Positions 24,014 through 33,754 of a DNA stretch of 33,754 nt are shown here, one piece after another. Numbering within the stretch: position 1 is the first letter of the stretch; the number at the start of each line of letters is the position of its first letter. Position numbers and translations under genes: made by a program. The DNA is from Octopus bimaculoides (taxonomy: Eukaryota). The notes beneath the pieces are model-generated. The model had not been told where the DNA came from and did not search any database. It was given only the letters and a program-made list of their open reading frames with translations. The DNA is taken from positions 174,087,183 through 174,120,936 of the forward strand of contig NC_068982.1 of NCBI RefSeq assembly GCF_001194135.2. The letters run 5' to 3'.

Positions 24014-24178
24014 TACGACGGGCTTCTTTCAGTTTCCGTCTACCTAATCCACTAACAAGGCTTTGGTCGGCTCGAGGCTATATTTGAAGACACTTGCCCA
24101 AGGTCCCACGCAGTGGGACTGAACCTGGAACCATGTGGCTCGTAAGCAAGCTACTTACCACACAGCCACTCCTGCGCC
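23765..24178 (-). mobile_element. SINE family B with internal (CA)/(TA)n
   Basis: Near-complete reverse complement of the 7878 copy. Confidence 0.95.
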
Positions 24179-25534
24179 TAATTTTCATAATATGTTAGAT
24201 TGACCTCTTTCTTTGCTTTCCAGATTTTTACCAAAAGACTCAGCAGGATAACAAATGATTATGGGATTAAATGTATTTCATATAGACGAAGAGGTCCTAG
24301 TCTTTTAAAACGCTGGCCATAAATGTTATCTTTCTCATTAATTTTAAATATTTACGTCGGTGAGGCAGTTGACCTCCACGGGCAGTATAAACATAGTTTG
24401 TGTTTTGTCCCAAACAATTGTATCAGTTATGGTGTGTTATATTTGCATTTAATGGAAGTTTTGATTGATAAGTTCTACAATTTTCTTTAACCTGGAATGT
24501 ATGGGATGTATTCAATATAAGAAATATTGCTTATATAATTATTGACCTTATTGTAGTCTATTTTAGCAAGAACGTCATTGTACATGGGAAAGCAATATCT
24601 TGATGTCATTAATGACATAAGCAAGGTTTTTGATAGATATATGACATAGTCGGCATTTACGATAGCGTCTAGAGTAGTGTTTCTTCAATCATTTTTCATT
24701 ACTTCCTTTCTTTACTACTTATCTCTCACGGATATAACACGCAACAACAATACACTTTATTGCATGATATTAACAGCTGTATATTAATTTAATATTAGCG
24801 TCCTTAGTATCTACTCTAAGAAAAATATAGCTGGCAAAAACAGTGCAAATATAGTCATAATTCCAAAGAGGTCGACACTTCCTGTCGATATTGTTATCAT
24901 TCAAAAGTTTCTGCGAGACATAGTCATGCATAATTTTTGTTTGTTATGCAAAACGTTGCTTCTAGATTTGGATTAGCACAGAAGATAATCTGAAAGTGAT
25001 TATCTATTGAGCAGTTAATTCCCGAGTATTATTAAGATACTGCCTTCTCGTTGTTTTTAGTATTCTTCTGAGATATTTGTTTTTGCTGTTGTTGTTTAGC
25101 AGATGCTTTCTGGAAGATACTGTTCGACGCTTATGTTAAGCCTCTTCCTCTGCTGTTTCTTCTGAGAGGGAGCCTGTCACTATTACTCTATTTCTGTGAA
25201 ATCTAGTTCTGTCTGGATCTTGCGCACTTTAATATCAATGTAATGGATTTCTTCAATCGCCCAACTTAAAACGTCACTATTGTTGGCTCAAGTAATTGAT
25301 ACTGCAAATATAGTCTTGTTATAATATGGAAATCTCGAATTCTACATTTTGAAAAGCTGTTATAAGAAACTTTGGTCATATATATGTATATATATATATA
25401 TATNNNNNNNNNNNNNNNNNNNNNNNNNNNNNNNNNNNNNNNNNTATATATAATATAATATAAATAATATATATATGCATATATACATACGTATATGTAC
25501 ATGCCTACATCTATACGTATATATATAAGCATAC

Positions 25535-25760
25535 GTGGGCACAGGACATCATGAAACGTGTACAACAAAAAAATACGAAGTACGAGTACATGGAGCATTA
25601 ACTGTTCTTCCAAACAACGAAAGACACAAATGGAAAACAAAATAAACAACATAAAGAACGACCCTTATATATATCATGATCAATCTTGCAAGTACTACGT
25701 GCTCGAAACAATGTATGTATGTGTGTGTGAATGTATGTATGTATGTATGTATGTATGTAT
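25535..25760 (+). mobile_element. Composite repeat fragments: 60-bp module shared with 31957-32015, plus a Penelope-like 3' end shared with 29793-29840
   Basis: Direct sequence matches within the window; ends in (TATG)n. Confidence 0.6.
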
Positions 25761-26084
25761 GTATGTATATGTGTATGTAATATATGTAGGTTAGTGATGC
25801 AAACAGGTAAAATAGAGCTGCAAATATGAATGTGTTTATTAATAACCGACAAAAGTTTCAGAGTGACTCAAGGGTTGGGAATTTTGTGCGTTAACACTCA
25901 TCAAACTAGTTTCAAATCAAGGTGTCATGAATTTATATATCGGTGATAATGGTATTTCCCTGGATTTTTCTGTCACTTCTGCCGGTCTGCCGATATATCC
26001 ATCCTGATTGCTTGGTAGTTAGCTAACTGCTCCAACCATATATATTGAAATATTTTCATTAACGCCTTCATATTTTGAAATGTC

Positions 26085-26155
26085 TTAACTGAGGAAGATT
26101 TACGTAATGGATGCATTTCCTATTATATATTACGCAAAGCTGAAACGTATGTATT
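26085..26155 (+). ncRNA. Minimal type I hammerhead ribozyme motif (intact core, weak helix I)
   Basis: CTGAGGA 26089-26095; helix II 26096-26109 pairs with 26128-26141 (12/14 pairs incl. one G-U); GAAAC 26142-26146; GTA 26147-26149. Helix III is the palindrome ACGT. Only the first helix I pair forms. Confidence 0.6.
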
Positions 26156-28169
26156 AAATAATTCTTGGATATCACTATTTCGTTTAACTTCATTATCACG
26201 ACTTATACGACTCGATGCAACAAAGTCTAAACAGTGTCTTTCAGTCACTGGAGAATCGGTAAAATAAATATAACTGAAATATTGATATTTGTTACACTTT
26301 TTACACCAATATTTGCTATAGACTAAAATTACTGTATTTTTCCTACGAAATAAAATGTGCCAATGTTAGAAATTCATGTTATCAAATCAGATATGAACAA
26401 GGGAGATAGCAGTTATAATTGCTCAGGGAGAACCATATCGCTTTATTCCTATCTGACTAACAAAAGACGCAAGCCGCAACCTCCTACACATCAATTTTAA
26501 AATGTTCAGGTTCCACACTCAACTTCTACTTAAGCCACCTTTATTTGTATTTATATTTTACTTTTTGTTTTCGTTTTCGTTTTAGGGAATGTTAATTCCT
26601 TCTGGTATTGACAGTTAATTATTGACTAAAATCGATCGAAGAGAGAGTATGAGAGCTTACTAATCATTAAATTCTTACAGAGTGCATACAATCTCGTTTA
26701 CGCTTGCAATTCTAATGTGCAGAAAGCTGCATCAAAACTTGTGCACGCTAGGAATTTTGCGTTCTTAATTCATTATAATTTTATTTTAAATATATTTTTT
26801 TTTAATCTTTCATTCGCATTTAAAAAAAATTTGTCCAACCTGATGTTATTGGTATTGTTAATTTTATTAGACACATAAAAATCGGTGCTTCGAGCTCCAT
26901 ATTCTTCGTAATAAAAGGAATAAAGCGAAGTTTAAAAAAAGAAATAGTGCCTTGCTCTGCATAATTACTCTGATGCTTTACTATGAATAAGCGTAACTAA
27001 GCTAGACCGGCTGTGATTAATGTTATTCTTTTTCAATTTTTTTTATGACTCAAATATTGTTGATGGTGGAGAACAAGAAGTGGTTACATATTTACAATCC
27101 AGAAGGGAGTCAACTTTGACACGAACACTGTTAAGAAAATCTCATAAAAGACAATCACTCTGATATTGGTAGGCTGTTAGATGGCAGTATAGTTTCAACA
27201 ACTGGCAATTTCCCTCAACGAACTGAATATAACAACAGCTTAGGAGGAAGTATTAAATTATTTGAAAGCGTTGCGGTCTTCAATCAAAAATTAGCTTCTA
27301 ACGGTCGGAAACTTTACATTTCACGACACTTTGTTGCACTAAACTCCACATCTGTGTACTTCAACAACTTCACTATATTATATATTAATTAAGTTACGGT
27401 AAAAAAAAAAGAATTACAACATTACATTGTGTCGAAATTATGGCGTCTTAATATCTAATCCGAGTCTATTCTACAGTGCTGTTAAAATGAACATCAATAG
27501 CAACAATTCAGTCATGAAAACATATGAAAGTTTTGGAAGAAAATTCAAACTCTAAAAATAATTTGTTCTTTGACTTTCAAAGCGACTGAAACTGATTTCT
27601 AAAGAAGCCATGCTGTCTATTACGTTCCATGATCAAGAGGCAACAGCAATGATAATAAGAAACACAAAGAAAAATCATTAAAATAATAACTATATTCAAT
27701 TCAAACAGTAGTTCTAGGGTTAAGCACTGGGGGATAGATATAACCGATTTAATCTACGTCAGAAATGACTGGTACTTAATACATGCCAGATCAGCAGAGT
27801 GGGATGTTGCCTGTGTGGTGAATGAGAGATTCTTAAGTATTTATATTTAGATACTGAACTATCATGCAATGATGAGCCAGTATGATACAATACAGCCCAA
27901 ATTCCTCAAATTGATCTGAAACCAAAAACTTTAACAGTCAATTTTGTAGAGTCAGTGAACCAACGTCCAGTTAGGACTTGATCTTTTGAGATTAGTTGGA
28001 GAGGGTTTACTCTACAAAAATACCGGGTCACTAAAACCAAGAGATCAAACACCTGAAACCGAAAATTATAGAAACAAAGCTAAAGAGGGCATTGGTTGAT
28101 TTGATTGATATCATACAGCTTCGGAGGTTTAAAGATCAAGTCAAACGTGGCATGATCTCAGAACATAAA

Positions 28170-28800
28170 TTATTCTATGAATTCGTCTCTCAGCTTTGAT
28201 CACTGCTTTAACGCTGGACCAGCATCGTTGACATGCCTACACTAAATATTCATTATTCATTACGGACATCTCATAGACATTGACAACCTCCGATGAAGCT
28301 ATGGTATTGTGAGAATATCGATTAGTCTCCCTTTCAACAACGCTCCAATCGCATAAGTCCTTGGGATTTCAATTTTGCAAGTTTGTAGGTCACTAGTTTG
28401 GTTTTACATGACCTTAAAGATTTCTGAGCGCCATTCTTGGGTTAGGTGGGCTCTGTGAGAAGTTACTAATCTTGTTGAAACATGTATGGACTTCCTCTGT
28501 GTACTTCATCTACCCGGGGCTTAACAACTGTCTCCAGCACCTCAACGTATGCTGTAGTATTACCTCTAAGACCATTATCATACTTAATGGAACTGAGGTA
28601 ACCAACCTTGCGGGTTAGTTCATTCTTAACAGCCTTTGAATGCGTAATACCACTCGTAACTTCGGTTTGTATAGAGATGACCGCTTAACAATCTCATGCA
28701 AAATATATGACCACGACTCAGATAGAGGAATGTTCAAGGGGGTTTGATTTAAATATAACTGTTCGTAACAATTTAACGATAACTTATTGAACATATCATT
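28170..28800 (-). mobile_element. Decayed Tc1/mariner transposase, maT (DD37D)-like
   Basis: Minus frames GLRGNTTAYVEVLETVVKPRVDEVHRGSPYMFQQD, DWSVVERETNRYSHNTI, CQRCWSSVKAVIKAE. Indels prevent counting D-D spacing; TIRs not identified. Confidence 0.8.
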
Positions 28801-29224
28801 AGCTTTCAATATATATAAACACTATTCCTACAGAAGACCAAACGAGGACACTATACATACACACAAAAAAGTTCAAGCAACTCCAGTAATAATTTGAAAT
28901 CTTGCAGCTGAAATAAGTTTCTCAGAAAGTGATTCTCTTACTATCATGATAGTACAAACTAGAAGTGCTTTTAGCCAAAAGCTAGTATATAAAATGTATA
29001 CCATAGAAGAATCAGCAATATAGTCAGTCACTGTTATAGCTTGGAACTTCCTATCCTTTCTCACCAACACACAAATATAATGAATTCTTGGAAACTAATA
29101 AGGTTGATGTTAGCTTTTGTACGAAATTGCTTCCAGCAGAACACACACCATTAGACAAACCTCACTTTGACAACAATCTCGTAGCTTCAGAATTCCCCTT
29201 ACCTGCCTACACAAAAGCTTATGA

Positions 29225-29830
29225 CTTTACGAAGCAGTAGTAGAGCATCGATAACACCCCTGAAAATATTAAAAAATTAATACGATGGACGCACCGTGAA
29301 TACATTTAAAAGCCAATATAACCAGCATCTGTACTCATTCAGATCAAGAGAAAGAAAAAATACAGATCCTTATCCCATTTCGTCTAAACATTCACATAGC
29401 ACGCGTTGAAATATAATCCAGTAACGTGGATCCTCATTGTAATGGATTCCGAAACTGCTGATTATCTCTAAATGAAAATTCCTAAGTGTTAAAGCAAGAT
29501 GCAATATTAATTAACCAAAGTTCTGGAGTGATCTATCTGCCTTTATCGAAGAAATATTTTCGATGCACCCGATAATCCAGTTTTGTGGCCAACATATTTA
29601 ATGGGTGTCGACGACTTGTTATCCCTTGACGATGAACACGCGTCTGAACTAGTTGCTGGTTTCCATTATACGATAGCAGTTCAAACATGAAATATAATAA
29701 TTTAGGTCGACCGACTAACTTTCTTCAACAAATGAGAATCGGCTTAACTGATGCATTGTAGTTATACAACTTCATTCATTCACCAAACACTTCATGATCA
29801 ATCTTGTAAGTACTACGTGCTCGAAACAAT
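29225..29830 (+). mobile_element. Decayed Penelope-like element: GIY-YIG endonuclease remnant and 3' region
   Basis: Frames LYEAVVE, YDGRTVNTFKSQYNQHLYSFRSRERKNT and PHCNGFRNC*LSLNENS*VLKQDAILINQSSGVI match the PLE endonuclease pattern VIY.A.V...YIG.T.N.FK.RY.NH..SF...PY.NG...C.LCL.EK..IL...LN.RSE. Ends at CTCGAAAC before (TATG)n. Confidence 0.7.
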
Positions 29831-29884
29831 GTATGTATGTATGTATGTATGTATGTATGTATGTATTATGTATGTATGTATGTT
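29831..29884. repeat. (TATG)n
   Basis: Read directly. Confidence 0.95.
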
Positions 29885-30419
29885 TACAAGATTTTTCGAT
29901 GGCTGTTTTATGTTTCACTACAGGATTCGTTATAAATGTGTTTCTCTGAACCTTATTCATCTTGGAGACATTATTAGCTTATTACCCCATTAAAAACTTA
30001 TCGTAAAATGTATTTAATTATTTACATTATGGCAGCTCATAACTACAGATTTATGAATCTGTCTACATGAATTGTTCAGCTGATGTGTTCTTTGTCATTT
30101 ACAATATTTTGCCAGGAACGGCTTGATTGAAATAAATTTCATATCCAGGTGTTGTATGATGTTGTCGGATGCTTTTCATGACTCTAATGGAGGTGATAAT
30201 AAAAATTGAGAGATACGAATTTTTTACTCTATCAAGCTAGCTATATTTTCGTGTCTCTGTCAACTCTCATTTTGTAATAGGCAATATGTAATACACAATA
30301 TTTATTTAAGAAATTTTTTCTCTTTCTCTTTTTCTCTCTCTCTCTCTCTTTCTCTCTCGTACTCTGTGGTACTCTTAAGACGTGTGTGCGTGTATGTGTG
30401 TATACATATATGCATAAAG

Positions 30420-30483
30420 ATTAATAGAGAGAAAGAGACACACAGACACACGCAGAGACAGACAGCCAGATAGACAGACAGAC

Positions 30484-30544
<61 letters not shown>

Positions 30545-30590
30545 CAGAAAAGACAGAGATGGGGAGAGAGAGAGTGAGAGAGATAGAATA
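30420..30590. repeat. (GACA)/(GATA)/(GA)n compound microsatellite
   Basis: Read directly. Confidence 0.95.
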
Positions 30591-30789
30591 GATTGTTGAT
30601 GGATCAACCAACTGTACGGAAGTGCTTAACAGTAACCGGCTTCCCACGAATGATATGAAACTCAGACTAATGAGAATGTGAAGTTGTCTCAAGAAATATA
30701 TGCAATAAATTCTCTCTTTTGAGGTAGTGAGATGTTTTACATTATTAACCAAGTTATTTTGTAAAAGTAAATACTTCTCAATACTACAT

Positions 30790-30802
30790 TGTGTGTGTGT
30801 GT

Positions 30803-30836
<34 letters not shown>
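30790..30836. repeat. (GT)n preceding a 100-N gap
   Basis: Read directly. Confidence 0.97.
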
Positions 30837-30943
30837 NNNNNNNNNNNNNNNNNNNNNNNNNNNNNNNNNNNNNNNNNNNNNNNNNNNNNNNNNNNNNNNN
30901 NNNNNNNNNNNNNNNNNNNNNNNNNNNNNNNNNNNNTGTTGTT

Positions 30944-30989
30944 AACACAACGTTTCGGCTGATATACCCTCCAGCCTTCATCGGGTATC
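30944..30989 (-). ncRNA. Minimal type I hammerhead ribozyme motif with U4C core substitution
   Basis: Minus strand GATAC-CCGATGA-A-GGCTG-GAGGGTATAT-CAGCC-GAAAC-GTT-GTGTT: 5-bp helix II, 5-bp helix I (two G-U), palindromic AACGTT helix III. Core reads CCGAUGA instead of CUGAUGA. Confidence 0.7.
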
Positions 30990-31053
30990 TTGGAGAAATT
31001 CCCAACCTGGGTTCTCATTCCTAAGGTATTTTTCGATGTTTTTATTATTATTA

Positions 31054-31166
<113 letters not shown>

Positions 31167-31179
31167 ATTATTATTATTA

Positions 31180-31733
31180 NNNNNNNNNNNNNNNNNNNNN
31201 NNNNNNNNNNNNNNNNNNNNNNNNNNNNNNNNNNNNNNNNNNNNNNNNNNNNNNNNNNNNNNNNNNNNNNNNNNNNNNNNNNNNNNNNNNNNNNNNNNNN
31301 NNNNNNNNNNNNNNNNNNNNNNNNNNNNNNNNNNNNNNNNNNNNNNNNNNNNNNNNNNNNNNNNNNNNNNNNNNNNNNNNNNNNNNNNNNNNNNNNNNNN
31401 NNNNNNNNNNNNNNNNNNNNNNNNNNNNNNNNNNNNNNNNNNNNNNNNNNNNNNNNNNNNNNNNNNNNNNNNNNNNNNNNNNNNNNNNNNNNNNNNNNNN
31501 NNNNNNNNNNNNNNNNNNNNNNNNNNNNNNNNNNNNNNNNNNNNNNNNNNNNNNNNNNNNNNNNNNNNNNNNNNNNNNNNNNNNNNNNNNNNNNNNNNNN
31601 NNNNNNNNNNNNNNNNNNNNNNNNNNNNNNNNNNNNNNNNNNNNNNNNNNNNNNNNNNNNNNNNNNNNNNNNNNNNNNNNNNNNNNNNNNNNNNNNNNNN
31701 NNNNNNNNNNNNNNNNNNNNNNNNNNNNNNNNN
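31180..31733. other. Assembly gap (Ns)
   Basis: N run; other gaps at 7017-7026, 19568-19625, 25404-25444 and 30837-30936. Confidence 0.99.
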
Positions 31734-31784
31734 CAACCTGGGTTCTCATTCCTAAGGTATTTTTCGATGTTTTTATTATTATTA

Positions 31785-31831
<47 letters not shown>

Positions 31832-32116
31832 GTTGTTGTTGTTGTTATTCAGGTTACTGTCTGGAATCTAACTCGGAATCTTGGGGCTAGTAGCCTGCGT
31901 TCTTAACCACTACGCCATATGACCTTGGGCATATCACGTAATGGTTAATTTTATATTCCATGTACTCGTACTTCGTATTTTTTGTTGTACACGTTTCATG
32001 ACGTTCTGTGTCCACATGTGCACATATATATACGTATAGATGTATGTACATATATGTATGTATATATGCATAAATATTATTTATATTATTAAATATATAT
32101 ACATGTACTTGTGTAA

Positions 32117-32119
<3 letters not shown>

Positions 32120-32164
<45 letters not shown>

Positions 32165-32228
32165 GTTTGTATATTTTATACGCACACATACACACTCACA
32201 CATATATAGGTGTGTAAGTGCGTGCGTG

Positions 32229-32300
<72 letters not shown>
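32120..32300. repeat. (TA)n and (GT)n microsatellites
   Basis: Read directly. Confidence 0.95.
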
Positions 32301-32689
32301 CTATTGTTGTCGTACCTCTACAACAGAACTTTACATTCTGACAATACTGATTTTAAAGAGACAAACGAAAGATTGTTAAGTAGCGAAGGAGAGAATTACG
32401 AACACTGTGTGTTTAAGTTTGTAAGGTAGAGAGAGAGAGAGGGGGGGGAGAGAGACAGAAACAGACAGAAAGAGAAAGAGAAAGAGAAAGAGAGAGTGAG
32501 AGGGGAGTATTTCTGTTTACATAGACTATGTAAGAGAAAAGTCTGAATAAGTGTGTGGTGGGCGTATGAAAGAAAGACGGCAGAAACGAAGAGGAGTAAC
32601 AAAGGGAGAGAAGCGGAGAGAAAAAGGAGAAATAAAGACAATTTGCGCGCACACGTCCGTCTTTCTGGGGTGTTTATGTGCATGTGTTT

Positions 32690-32716
32690 GTGTGTTGTGT
32701 GTGTTGTGCTTATGTG

Positions 32717-32814
<98 letters not shown>

Positions 32815-32825
32815 TGTGTGTGTCT
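32690..32825. repeat. (GT)n microsatellite
   Basis: Read directly; flanked by GA-rich low-complexity DNA (32425-32650, 32850-33350). Confidence 0.97.
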
Positions 32826-33599
32826 TGCTATGTTTCCAAGGATTGATGAGAGTCTGACAGTGATGGAGTGGGAGAGATTGTATGTGAAGAATGCAAGACA
32901 GAGCAAGAGAAAAAAGTTTGAGATTGAGAGCAAGGAAAATATCGAAATAACGAACGGAGATTATGTCTGTTGACTACGAACCAGGAGTGAGAAAGAAAGA
33001 GAGATGAAAAGCGAGGAAGACAGACAAACAGATAGAGCGACAGAGAGGGACGAAAAAAGGAGAGAATAGAATAAAGAGACGATAGACTGAGAGAAAAGAA
33101 GATTTCACATGAGAAAGAATAAAAATAAGATGGTGCAGTTAACGTTTTAAATGAACAAACGGAGATACAAGAAAGAAGGGTTGAAGAGAAATGTAGTGAG
33201 ATAGAGACAGATAAAAATAAAATTAAGCAGTGCAACAGAAAGAGATTGAAATAGACAGAGAGAGAGGGAGAGTGGGAAGAGTGGGGTGCGAGAAAGCAAC
33301 AACGAAACGTAGCTGAAAATAGCTACAAAACACAGAGAGAAAAATGCGAGGGAAAAGTGAGTTAACAGAGCTCTATTTTATTTTCTTTAATAAAGAGAAA
33401 AACCTACTGTTTGTGAGATACGGTCGATTATGCCTGTGTATGTATAACTTCCACGAAAGATCATCAGACACTAATCGGTCAAACACTTCGTGCTGGAGCG
33501 ATTGTCTGAGTCAGGTATTCTTTTTGAGTGAAAAAGATGTAATGTTCCAATGAGGTTTAATGACTCTAACTTGTTAATGGTGGAAGTGGTGTGGGTTTC

Positions 33600-33690
33600 G
33601 TTGTAATTTTACGACCAAATCAGCCTTGATTGGGCAGTTTTAGGATAAAAAATGTCCCTATCGGGACGTGAACATCTTGTCTTTTTGTAT
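33600..33690 (-). mobile_element. Repeat family E, degenerate fragment
   Basis: CCAAATCAGCCTTGATTGGGCAG...GATAAAAAATGTCC...CATCTTGTCTTTT resembles the family E reverse complement. Confidence 0.4.
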
Positions 33691-33710
33691 ACCAAAATCT
33701 TCGTAATCTA

Positions 33711-33754
33711 ACCTTTTATTTGTTTCAGTCATTGGACTGTGGCCATGCTGGGGT
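33711..33754 (-). mobile_element. SINE family B 3' end, truncated by window edge
   Basis: TTTTATTTGTTTCAGTCATTGGACTGTGGCCATGCTGGGG matches 13850-13890 and 23770-23810. Confidence 0.85.

Overview
AT-rich, microsatellite-saturated eukaryotic DNA with several assembly gaps. The SINE families look like those I recall from octopus (coleoid cephalopod) genomes; this is recognition from memory, not a database result. No complete gene is supported, and almost all ORFs in the track are translations of simple repeats. The window holds about 15 tRNA-derived SINE copies from several families and about 6 copies of an (AAC)n-tailed repeat. It also holds decayed mariner (DD34D), maT-like Tc1/mariner, RTE-like LINE and Penelope-like (GIY-YIG) remnants. 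The most interesting signal is a set of minimal type I hammerhead-ribozyme-like motifs between about 21 and 31 kb. One has a perfect catalytic core (26089-26149, +), and one lies in the 3' part of a tRNA-headed SINE-like element (30944-31922, -). Three short plus-strand segments with canonical splice sites join in phase into an unidentified peptide (low confidence), so the window may be introns of an unidentified gene.
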